Source: a virus. From it: a stretch of 64,000 nucleotides of DNA. A program made the position numbers and the translations under genes. Location of the stretch: the IMG/VR virus record IMGVR_UViG_3300010413_000017, positions 1-64,000 of that record. One strand, given 5' to 3'. The first letter of the stretch is position 1, and every line of letters starts with the position of its first letter. Positions 1 to 8,775 of the stretch are shown in pieces. Under the pieces are notes generated by a model. That model was not told where the DNA came from. It did not search any database and was given only the letters and a program-made list of their open reading frames with translations.

Positions 1-3000
1 ACTGCTTGGGCCACTACTGATGCCACTGCCACTTATGGTGGAGCCAGCGACCTTTGGAGCTCTGGTTATTCCATCAGTGATATCAACGACTCTAGCTTTG
101 GTGTAGACTTATCTGCTACAAATGCTGATGGTAGTGCGGCTCGCGAAGCTAGAGTTGATGCTATTTGGATACGAGTAACTTATGATACTACTCCGACTCT
201 AACAGTCGCCAATACCTCGCATACTCATTCCTCCGAGGCTCCTACCTTATCACAGATAGAGCTAATAATCTCGCGAGTGTACCATTATTCTGCCAGCACA
301 AGCCAAGCATCGACAACTTCTACGAATTATGTCGATGCTCATTCATTAGCCTTTACTCCTGCTGCTAATTCTACTTATTTAATTTTTGGTTCGTGGTTTC
401 TGCGTACAAGTAATACAGGTTATGGTGCTTTTTCCAGATTAATTAATACTACCACCTCTACGACATTTACGGAAGTAAATTTAAATCCTAGGAATAGTGG
501 GAATTATTGGTCCTATGGAGCATTTGCTCAGCAAACATTTGGGGCGAGTCCTTCCACACATACATATAAAATCCAATATCGCCAGTATAGTTTTCTGGCT
601 AGGGCAGTTATTAAGCAATCGAGATTATTTGCTTTAAAACTGCAAGCAAGTGATGAGTTCGCTTCATCTGTAACCCAGTCCTCAACATCTAGTACTGCTT
701 GGCAAGATAAAACCACATTATCATTCACTCCTGCTTCTCCGGGCGATTATCTTTTATTAGCTTCGGCTGAACTTCGCAACAGTTCTGCAAGTTACGATTA
801 TCTCTGTCGCTTGGATGTAGACGGTACACAGTACGATACACAGAATACGAGTCCTAACTATGCTGGCTCTGAGGGCGACACAACTTGGGTTGTTGTTAAA
901 AAGGCCACTCTAACAACCGCGTCGCACACTATTAAAATACAATACAGAAGTGGGAGTGGCTCGGCTACAGCTTATATTCGTCGTGCTTATCTGACAGCTT
1001 TACGTTTAGATGATTTTCCTGGGTACGAATACGCAGAATCAGAGACTAGAAGTGCAACCCTCTCGACTGCTTGGCAAGACAAAACTAGCCTAACAACTTA
1101 CTGTGATGCTTATGACCGTATTGTTCTTGGTACTTGCGGTGGTGATGAAAATTACCATAACAATTCTGCCTGTCTCCGTAGACTCTTGCACGATTCTACT
1201 GATTTGGGTGAGATGGTTCATGAAGATAAAATTGATAACCAAAGACATCGCCCGTATGTAGCTCAAAATGTTTTTTCTTCAGCCGCCACCCATACTTGGA
1301 AATTCCAATACCGTACTAACAATACCTCTGCCACAGCTGGCATACAAGAAGCACGTATCTGTGTTTTACAACTTTACGGCTTAGGGTCGGCAGTCTTAGT
1401 TGTTTCAGACTCTCAGCATGACCACTCAGTTGAGTCTGTTAACTTAACTCAAAAATACAATCTAAGTATATCTTCTTGTTTACATAGCCAGACATCAACT
1501 AGCCCAACGCTGTCTCAACTCCACATTCTAGGTGTAGGTAGTAGTTTACACTCTCATGCGGCGATTAGCCCATTATTAGCACAACTTCATATTTTAAGTG
1601 CAGATAGTGGACTTCACAGTCATACAGCAACCAGCCCATCACTATCACAACTCCACGTTCTAAGTATAGCCGACGGTTTACATCCCCATACCTGTGAGTC
1701 TATAAACTTAATACAGCAGGTTAACTTGGTTGTAGATAATTGCTTACATACTCATATAACTGATAATATTTCCTTAATACAAAAGTATGTACTAGTAGTA
1801 GATAGTGCTCTACATGCTCATACAGCGGAAAGTCCTCTAGTCTCTTCGGTTACATTTATCTCCGAGGTCTACTCTGCTACACACGCTCACTCTGCTGAAT
1901 CTGCTACACTTACACAAGTACACAACCTAACTACGTCTAATGCAAACCATACACATACAGCAGAGAATGTAGTTTTAACTATTACCTATCTACTCGGTGT
2001 TGCTTCCAGTTTCCACAACCACTTAGCTGATTCTGTTTCGCTCTCCCAGACGCACAATCTTGTAGTTGCGAATTGTATTCACCAAACTACATCCCAATCG
2101 CTTATACTGTTTCAGCTTCATGTGCTAGTTGCTCAATTTGCTACTCATACCCATTCAGCCACATCTCTTGACATTTCTCAGCTCCATGTTCTTTTCGTTG
2201 GGAGCACTAGCCACATACACTCGGCTACTTCGGCTTCCCTTGCGCAAACGCATAATCTTGTTGCCAGTGATGCTAACCATCTGCACGTGGTTGATGGTGT
2301 CGAACTCTCCCTCTATTTAGTTATATCTAGTTCTGTCCATAGCCACGTAGTAACATCATTTGCTCTTGGATTCGGCTCCTTTTCTGATTTTATAGAGCCG
2401 AAGATACTCAATCATATTTTTAATGTTGAGTCGTACTCTCCTCCATCTACAGTCTATTTAGCTTTATCTTCAACGAATCCAACAGAAGATGCGAGTGGAT
2501 TGTCGGAGCCGATTGGGGGGGCTTATTCTCGTAAACCGATTACATTCGCAATGGCCGCACAACGACGAATAATACAAAATGCTACAGTCTTATTCGATAC
2601 AGCGACAGCTTCTTGGGGAACTATTAGCTACTGGGCCTTAATGGATTCTGAATCTGCCGGTAACATGATGGTGTATGGGGCGTTTAGCGCTCCTGTGACG
2701 ATTACAAGTGGTAGGGTGGCCGAGGTAAAATCTAGTGAGATAGTTGTTTCTGTGCTTCCACTGCTCACCGCCTCAAAAAACTTAACTGGTGGCTTTTTTA
2801 CCTCGTATGCTAACCTGATTTTAGACTGGTTGTTCAGAGCGCAATCATTATTTCAAAATTACGATATAAAGGTTAGTGCTTGCAATAATATTTCTGACGG
2901 ATGGTCCGAATGGTGGACTTCTCCGAGTGGTGGTGGGTACGCTCCAGTTATTCATAGTTCGTGGACAACCGCCTCTGTAGGCACGTGTTCCAATATTGGA

Positions 3001-3177
3001 ACAATAGCTTTTAATACAGCCACAGCTTCTTGGGGAACTATTACGGCGATAGCAGCGTACTCGATAGTATCACTAGGGTTTTTTAAAATTTGCTATAGTA
3101 CAATAACTCCCATATCAATAGGTACTGGAGACAAATTAATTATTACTAATGGTAACTTCCTAGTAACTGTGGACTAA
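1..3177 (+). CDS. Large Ser/Thr-rich virion fibre/decoration protein with ~15 HxH 22-aa repeats and two C-terminal tail-fibre-like domains (5' truncated)
   Basis: Frame 1 is open from base 1 (TAWATTDATATYGG...), so the gene starts before the window, not at 277. It has repeated 'TAWQDKT.L' beta modules, HSH/HTH repeats and a duplicated 'F(D/N)TATASWGTI' domain. Confidence 0.7.
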   Translation, partial: TAWATTDATATYGGASDLWSSGYSISDINDSSFGVDLSATNADGSAAREARVDAIWIRVTYDTTPTLTVANTSHTHSSEAPTLSQIELIISRVYHYSASTSQASTTSTNYVDAHSLAFTPAANSTYLIFGSWFLRTSNTGYGAFSRLINTTTSTTFTEVNLNPRNSGNYWSYGAFAQQTFGASPSTHTYKIQYRQYSFLARAVIKQSRLFALKLQASDEFASSVTQSSTSSTAWQDKTTLSFTPASPGDYLLLASAELRNSSASYDYLCRLDVDGTQYDTQNTSPNYAGSEGDTTWVVVKKATLTTASHTIKIQYRSGSGSATAYIRRAYLTALRLDDFPGYEYAESETRSATLSTAWQDKTSLTTYCDAYDRIVLGTCGGDENYHNNSACLRRLLHDSTDLGEMVHEDKIDNQRHRPYVAQNVFSSAATHTWKFQYRTNNTSATAGIQEARICVLQLYGLGSAVLVVSDSQHDHSVESVNLTQKYNLSISSCLHSQTSTSPTLSQLHILGVGSSLHSHAAISPLLAQLHILSADSGLHSHTATSPSLSQLHVLSIADGLHPHTCESINLIQQVNLVVDNCLHTHITDNISLIQKYVLVVDSALHAHTAESPLVSSVTFISEVYSATHAHSAESATLTQVHNLTTSNANHTHTAENVVLTITYLLGVASSFHNHLADSVSLSQTHNLVVANCIHQTTSQSLILFQLHVLVAQFATHTHSATSLDISQLHVLFVGSTSHIHSATSASLAQTHNLVASDANHLHVVDGVELSLYLVISSSVHSHVVTSFALGFGSFSDFIEPKILNHIFNVESYSPPSTVYLALSSTNPTEDASGLSEPIGGAYSRKPITFAMAAQRRIIQNATVLFDTATASWGTISYWALMDSESAGNMMVYGAFSAPVTITSGRVAEVKSSEIVVSVLPLLTASKNLTGGFFTSYANLILDWLFRAQSLFQNYDIKVSACNNISDGWSEWWTSPSGGGYAPVIHSSWTTASVGTCSNIGTIAFNTATASWGTITAIAAYSIVSLGFFKICYSTITPISIGTGDKLIITNGNFLVTVD

Positions 3178-3237
3178 CCTTTAAAATATTTACAGTAGTT
3201 TTTGGGTTGGGTTTGGTGATTTCACTAGGCTAAAATT

Positions 3238-5433
3238 ATGGACTTGATTGTAGAAAACATACTCCACTCTCACGTAGCTACTAATGTTAATTTAGCACAA
3301 ACAAAAAGAGTGGGACCAACTCCTAAACTTACCGCTCAAGCGCGCTTTGCGGTTTTGTTAAAACCTTTTGGTCTGTATGTTGACAATGCTCTTCACGACC
3401 ACACAGCGACATCTCCTAGTCTTATCCAACAACACAATTTAGTTATTTCCAGCTGTTCGCACTACCATTTGGTTGAAAGTGCCGTCCTCTCGCAAACCCA
3501 TATTTTAACAGTAGCAAGTTGCGTACATAATCATACTGTAGAAAGTCCAGCCCTCTTTTCTGTCGATAACTGTTGGCACAGCCACTCAGTCGATGCTATT
3601 AGTCTGACTCAAGAACATTCCCTTGTTGTTAGTAATTGTTTACATTCGCATACAGCAGGTAGTATTTATTTAAGTGAATGGGATATCCTCACAGTTTCAT
3701 CTGCTACACATAGCCATACCGCAGGTAGTGTAAGCCTGTCCCAAAAACATATCCTTACAGTTTCTAATTGTGAGCACAGCCATACATCTGATAAAGTTTC
3801 ATTTGTTGTATGGTTGTATCCTAGTTCAGCATTCCACTCGCATTCAGCCGAAAATGTAGACTTAGTTCAAGAGCACAGCCTTTTTGCCAATAATGCGTTT
3901 CACACACACTCAGCTCAAAGTGTAAGTTTATTTCAATTACATACACTAAGCACCCAGAACTGTGCTCATCTGCACAGCACAAGCCCTGTAACTTTAACTC
4001 AGACGCACTCTCTAGTTGTTAGCCCTACTGCTCATTTACACTCAGCCGACTCTGTTAGCCTCTCCCAGTTGCATGTTCTTATTATCAGTGCGTGTACTCA
4101 TGCACACAGCTCGGAGAATGTGGCACTAGTCAAAATTAGTAGCCTAGCAGTTTCTCCAACACTTCATAGCCATACAGCGGAAAGTGTAACATTACTAGAA
4201 TGGGATATTCTCACAGTCTACGACTGTGTCCATTCGCATACAGCTGAATCTCCCATACTAACGCAGGTTCATAACCTTGCAGTTTCTAGTTCTATTCATT
4301 CGCACACAGCAACAAGAATAAGTCTTTCTGGAACAGGCTTTTTAGATGTTCGGAACGCGTTGCATTTTCACTCAACCGAGAGCGTTAGCCTGTCCCAAGC
4401 ACATACTCTTGTAGTTGCTGATAGTTTCCACTCCCATACTGCTGAAAACATCTCGCTGACAGTTTGGCTTAATGTATCATTAGCTTCTCACACCCATACA
4501 GCAGAGAGCATCACTCTAATTCAAGAGCATTCGCTTTCTGTTGAGAATTCCCTTCACTATCATACGGTTTTGAACGTAGAGCTTGGACAGGTCTACATTC
4601 TAGTCACAAGCTCTGCCTCACATGTTCATACTGTTCAGGGAATAGTTTTATCACAAACTCACATCCTTGAGGCTCAGTCTGGGTTAAGTCAGCACTACGC
4701 TTCTGCTCCGACAATATTCCAGATTCACTTTTTAAGCGTAGATAATACTGTACATCAACATACAGTCGATTCCCTTAGCCTATCTGGCGCTCAGTTTTTG
4801 GATGTTCTGGGATGCCTACATAGTCATTCTTCAACATCTCCAACTTTATCTCAGCTCCACATTATAGGTGTGGCGAACGGCTCCCATACTCACATCGCTA
4901 CGTCTTTAACGTTAACTCAAACACATTTACTTGACACAACCAGCGCGCTTCACGCTCACAGGGTCGACGGCATAGTTCTCTTAGAATGGGATATTCTAAC
5001 AGTTCAGGGCTGTAGCCATGGCCATACGGTCGACTCCACTGCATTGGTTCAGCTCCATAGCCTGCCTGTCAATGATGGAGTACATACCCATTCAGCACAG
5101 GCGGTTGCTCTAGGCCAGACACATAACCTACTTGTTTCAAGTCTCCTCCACAGTCATACCTGCTCATTACTTGTTTTAGTAGCGATTCTGGATTTAATTG
5201 TTGATAGTGGTCTGCATTCACATATTGCAGAGAGCCCGGAGGTAGAACTTGCCAGTTTAAGTGTAGGAAACTGTCTCCATTCGCTCGTTTCTGACGTTGT
5301 CGCCTTAACGCAAGAGCATCGTCTGTTGGTTGCTAACACACGACATGTACAGACAGCAGAATCTCTAGTTGTGGTGCATATACCAAGAGTTTTACCAGAA
5401 GTCGGGCTAATAGTTTATGTGGAAAGACGATGA
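3238..5433 (+). CDS. His-rich repeat protein (~30 x ~22-aa HxH repeats), putative fibre/whisker
   Basis: Nearly the whole protein is repeats like 'CLHSHTAESVSLSQxHxLxV'; it lies in the structural module. Confidence 0.7.
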   Translation: MDLIVENILHSHVATNVNLAQTKRVGPTPKLTAQARFAVLLKPFGLYVDNALHDHTATSPSLIQQHNLVISSCSHYHLVESAVLSQTHILTVASCVHNHTVESPALFSVDNCWHSHSVDAISLTQEHSLVVSNCLHSHTAGSIYLSEWDILTVSSATHSHTAGSVSLSQKHILTVSNCEHSHTSDKVSFVVWLYPSSAFHSHSAENVDLVQEHSLFANNAFHTHSAQSVSLFQLHTLSTQNCAHLHSTSPVTLTQTHSLVVSPTAHLHSADSVSLSQLHVLIISACTHAHSSENVALVKISSLAVSPTLHSHTAESVTLLEWDILTVYDCVHSHTAESPILTQVHNLAVSSSIHSHTATRISLSGTGFLDVRNALHFHSTESVSLSQAHTLVVADSFHSHTAENISLTVWLNVSLASHTHTAESITLIQEHSLSVENSLHYHTVLNVELGQVYILVTSSASHVHTVQGIVLSQTHILEAQSGLSQHYASAPTIFQIHFLSVDNTVHQHTVDSLSLSGAQFLDVLGCLHSHSSTSPTLSQLHIIGVANGSHTHIATSLTLTQTHLLDTTSALHAHRVDGIVLLEWDILTVQGCSHGHTVDSTALVQLHSLPVNDGVHTHSAQAVALGQTHNLLVSSLLHSHTCSLLVLVAILDLIVDSGLHSHIAESPEVELASLSVGNCLHSLVSDVVALTQEHRLLVANTRHVQTAESLVVVHIPRVLPEVGLIVYVERR

Positions 5434-5513
5434 AGTATACTTTTATAACCATGATTGCTCAAACCATGATTTTCCTTGGCGTTTAACAAACTTGCCATTA
5501 TTATGTATGGAGA

Positions 5514-5888
5514 ATGGACTATACTAGCCTAAACTTGAAAGTTAGAGCGTTGATGCAAAGTTATGGAACAACATTGACCTTGCAACAGCCGACGTATAGC
5601 GCGTTTAGCCCAACACTCGGTCGGTATGTATCAAATGCGACTGTGAGCCACGAAGTAACCGGCCTTATTCGAGCGACGGACAGAATCTGGACAGGTGATA
5701 CTTATTGGGGGGCGGATGTTGTTGTTGAGGCGGGCGACAGAGAAATCGTTCTGGCTACTAAAGATGGCGTTGTCCCAGATGTAGGCGATGGACTGATAGT
5801 TGTGGGTGTTCCCTATAAAATTGTAGCGTGTAACGTTATTCAGCCCGGTGGGACTACTTTGCTTTATAAACTTCTGTTGAGAAAATAA
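5514..5888 (+). CDS. Head-tail adaptor/head-closure protein
   Basis: 124 aa; 'YG..LTL...GD.EIVLA...PDVGD...YKIV...I.PGGT.LLYKL.LR' pattern; position before the HK97 gp10-like gene. Confidence 0.7.
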   Translation: MDYTSLNLKVRALMQSYGTTLTLQQPTYSAFSPTLGRYVSNATVSHEVTGLIRATDRIWTGDTYWGADVVVEAGDREIVLATKDGVVPDVGDGLIVVGVPYKIVACNVIQPGGTTLLYKLLLRK

Positions 5889-5889
5889 T

Positions 5890-6411
5890 ATGGTTAACGT
5901 AGAGCTTGCTAACTTGGCAGAATTCGAGAAAGCTCTGGAAGACTTTCCTAAACGCGGGTACAGGCGTGCTAATATGGTCTTACGAGCTTCTGTGACGGAA
6001 TTGATGCGTCGAATACTGCGCGATACTCCTGTCAAGACGGGCAGGCTTAAAGGAGCATGGCGCGTAGGTGGAGCGGGCGGCGGAGCTGGATTTTCATCTG
6101 AGTTAGGTATACAGTCTCGTTCATTTGGATTATCCCAGAGACGTGAAACTAGCATGGAATTTGACAAAAGTGAGAGCGGTGACAAAACGTTGGCTAAATC
6201 CAAGGGCGCAATTAACTCGCTTAATCTTGAGAATGGAAACGTGTCAATCGAGATTTACAACAATACATATTATGCTGGGTTTGTTGAGTACGGGCGCGAA
6301 GGTCGTCCAGCTCGACACATGCTTACTCGGAACATAACTTCGTGGCCCGCCATCGTTGCCCAATTCGCGGGGATGGGAGGGTTGTCCGGGTACAGAGGCG
6401 GCGATAGATGA
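5890..6411 (+). CDS. HK97 gp10-like tail completion protein
   Basis: TPVKTGRLKGAW and NNTYYAGFVEYG motifs. Confidence 0.85.
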   Translation: MVNVELANLAEFEKALEDFPKRGYRRANMVLRASVTELMRRILRDTPVKTGRLKGAWRVGGAGGGAGFSSELGIQSRSFGLSQRRETSMEFDKSESGDKTLAKSKGAINSLNLENGNVSIEIYNNTYYAGFVEYGREGRPARHMLTRNITSWPAIVAQFAGMGGLSGYRGGDR

Positions 6412-6824
6412 CAACAACAAACGAAGACATAGCGCACGCCTTTTATAAGCACTACAGTACGTTTACAGCTTCAATCAGGATGGTAAGTGAGAACGAAAGT
6501 TACGAGCCCGCGTTGGGAACTCCATATTTACGCACATGGCACTCACCTGCTCAAACCGAGACTATCACACTAGGGCCGAACGGAGTGCACTGGTATATGG
6601 GAGTGTTCCAGATTAGTTGTTACTACCCACAAGCGTTTGGTTGGGCTGACGCAAAGGCGATGGCCGGAAGGTTAATTACTCATTTTTTTCGCGGAACTCA
6701 AGTAACGTACAATAATATTTCTGTGAAGGTGCGTCAGTCTTGGATGGTCCCGGGGTTTCAAGAAGACGCATGGTATCTTGTGCCAGTGATAGTGGAATAC
6801 TGGTGCTTCGACAATTCTAGCTAA
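6408..6824 (+). CDS. Tail terminator protein (DUF4128-like)
   Basis: EN..Y.P..GTPYLR, GVFQISCYYP and HFFRGT motifs; directly upstream of the tail tube gene. Confidence 0.75.
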   Translation: MTTTNEDIAHAFYKHYSTFTASIRMVSENESYEPALGTPYLRTWHSPAQTETITLGPNGVHWYMGVFQISCYYPQAFGWADAKAMAGRLITHFFRGTQVTYNNISVKVRQSWMVPGFQEDAWYLVPVIVEYWCFDNSS

Positions 6825-6838
6825 GAGGTAAACAAGTC

Positions 6839-7978
6839 ATGACTTATATGTCTCAATTCGCGGCGGGGTCTGAACATGGACTTCGCTATTGCTCCGAAGC
6901 GACATGGGGGGTTACTCCTGGTTCCCCTAACATGATTTCGCTTCGTCATACTGGTTGCTCGTTGATTCTGAGTAAGGAGACTTTCCAGTCTGAGGAACTC
7001 AGAAACGACAGACAAATCACAGACTTTCGTCATGGAACATATCAAGTCGGGGGTGATTCTAACTTTGAGCTGTCGTATGGTGAATATGACGCTATCGTTA
7101 AGGGTGCCTTTTGCGGGACGTTCCAAACCCTTAAAAACGCAGTAACTGGGACAATGTCTTTTGGTAGCACCAGCAACCAAATCTATAGTTCCACTGTTAC
7201 TTTCACATCCTATGCAACTGGGGATTGTATTACTGTTTCAGGTAGTGTTAGCAATAACGGGTCGTATGTTGTCTCTGCCGCTCTACCTTATACACTTACT
7301 ATTCTGGCGAGCTTGGCCACAGAAGCATCTGTTTCTGCTACTGTGTCCCACAACATTGCTGTAAGTAATGGAACAGCGGATATGAGTTTCACTATCGAGC
7401 GCGCTCACGGTGATATTACTCAGTATCAGCAGTTCTCGGGTTGTCTAATCAACTCCCTCAGTCTCAGCATGAGACCCAACGGGATTGTCACAGGTGTGTT
7501 TGGTGTTATTGGCAAAAGCATTACTGTTACAAGTACTCCTTTGGACGCTAGCCCGACTGCTAGTCAGTCTGGTTCTCCCTACGACACATTCTCTGGATCA
7601 CTGCGGGAGGGCGGCAACCTTATCGCGACAATTACTGGTATCGACCTTGAGCTGGACAACGCTGGGGAAGCGACCTTTGTTATTGGTAGTCAAGTAGCAC
7701 AGAATGTTGTGCTGGGTCGTTGTAACATTACTGGAACTGTAGAAGCTTATTTCCAGAACATCACTTTGTTGAACAAGTTCATTAACGAAACAGAAACCAG
7801 TATTGAGGTTGATATCGGAGGAACATCTAACTACTACAAACTCTTTCTCCCGCGTGTCAAATATGGCGGGGGAGATACTTCCGTGGATGGCGAAGGTCCC
7901 ATCACTCTGAGTATGCCGTTCCAAGCACTTTATAGTTCAACATATGGCTACACGATTCGTTTAGCCAAAATCTCATAA
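6839..7978 (+). CDS. Major tail tube protein
   Basis: E.TWGVTP, SEELR.DRQI.D.RHG...VGGD.NFELSY, ITGTVEAYF and ITLSMPFQALY motifs; S/T-rich inserted domain near residues 95-175. Confidence 0.85.
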   Translation: MTYMSQFAAGSEHGLRYCSEATWGVTPGSPNMISLRHTGCSLILSKETFQSEELRNDRQITDFRHGTYQVGGDSNFELSYGEYDAIVKGAFCGTFQTLKNAVTGTMSFGSTSNQIYSSTVTFTSYATGDCITVSGSVSNNGSYVVSAALPYTLTILASLATEASVSATVSHNIAVSNGTADMSFTIERAHGDITQYQQFSGCLINSLSLSMRPNGIVTGVFGVIGKSITVTSTPLDASPTASQSGSPYDTFSGSLREGGNLIATITGIDLELDNAGEATFVIGSQVAQNVVLGRCNITGTVEAYFQNITLLNKFINETETSIEVDIGGTSNYYKLFLPRVKYGGGDTSVDGEGPITLSMPFQALYSSTYGYTIRLAKIS

Positions 7979-7994
7979 TAAGGGAATATATTTC

Positions 7995-8396
7995 ATGGAT
8001 TTAACCGACCTTAAATTAGCAAGCGCCAACGAAGAAGGCGTAAAAATGGAACTCTATCATCCGATAGAAGAGACATCTTTTGATCCTCCTGTGTATATCA
8101 CAGTTGTCGGGGTGGACTCTGAACGTTATCAAAAGGCACAGCTCGATTTACGGAACAAACAGTTCAAAAAGATGCAGAAGCGTAATCGTCTTCGTTTCGA
8201 GATGACAGCAGAAGAAACAGAAGAGAATGCGGTGGAGCTGTTGGCTAAGTGCATCTTGGGTTGGGAAAACATTGAGTGGGAAGGTAAGGAACTTCCTTAC
8301 AGCTATGAAAACACTAAAAAGTTACTCGGTGTACCTTGGATACGTGAACAAGTCGATATGTTTGTAGGCGACCGAGCTAACTTTATCTTGGACTGA
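7995..8396 (+). CDS. Tail assembly chaperone (gpG-like)
   Basis: Between tail tube and TMP; ITVVGVDS, LAKC..GWEN and WIREQVD.F.GDRANF motifs. Confidence 0.8.
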   Translation: MDLTDLKLASANEEGVKMELYHPIEETSFDPPVYITVVGVDSERYQKAQLDLRNKQFKKMQKRNRLRFEMTAEETEENAVELLAKCILGWENIEWEGKELPYSYENTKKLLGVPWIREQVDMFVGDRANFILD

Positions 8397-8770
8397 CTGA
8401 AGGGATAATTGAGGCACTCGAACGCACAGTAGAACTTGATTATCCCAAGCAGAATGGTACTACTCTGCGGGATCATCTAGAACAGGTAGAGCGTTCTACA
8501 CAAACGCCTCAACCTTGGCTAGAGGTGAAAGTCCCGGTTGAGGGCCAACATCTATGGGAGGTATTCTGGGAATTAAACTCTAGTCGGGGAAATTCGGGCT
8601 TTGGCCCGTCCCCGATTAGTTTTATGGAGATGGAGTCATGGTCGAGATTGACTAGAACTCCTCTTGCTTTGTGGGAAGTGGCCCTTTTGCGGCGCATGGA
8701 TTCTACGTATTTGACAAAAGCAGCAGAGATGCAAAAAAAGTACGAACCCAAATCTAAGGGTGGGAAGTAA
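8381..8770 (+). CDS. Tail assembly chaperone C-terminal extension (gpT-like), probably reached by frameshift
   Basis: The -1 frame is open from 8381 to 8770; LWEVFWELNSSR..GFGPSPISF.EME.W motif. Confidence 0.65.
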   Translation, partial: LYLGLTEGIIEALERTVELDYPKQNGTTLRDHLEQVERSTQTPQPWLEVKVPVEGQHLWEVFWELNSSRGNSGFGPSPISFMEMESWSRLTRTPLALWEVALLRRMDSTYLTKAAEMQKKYEPKSKGGK

Positions 8771-8775
8771 AACAA

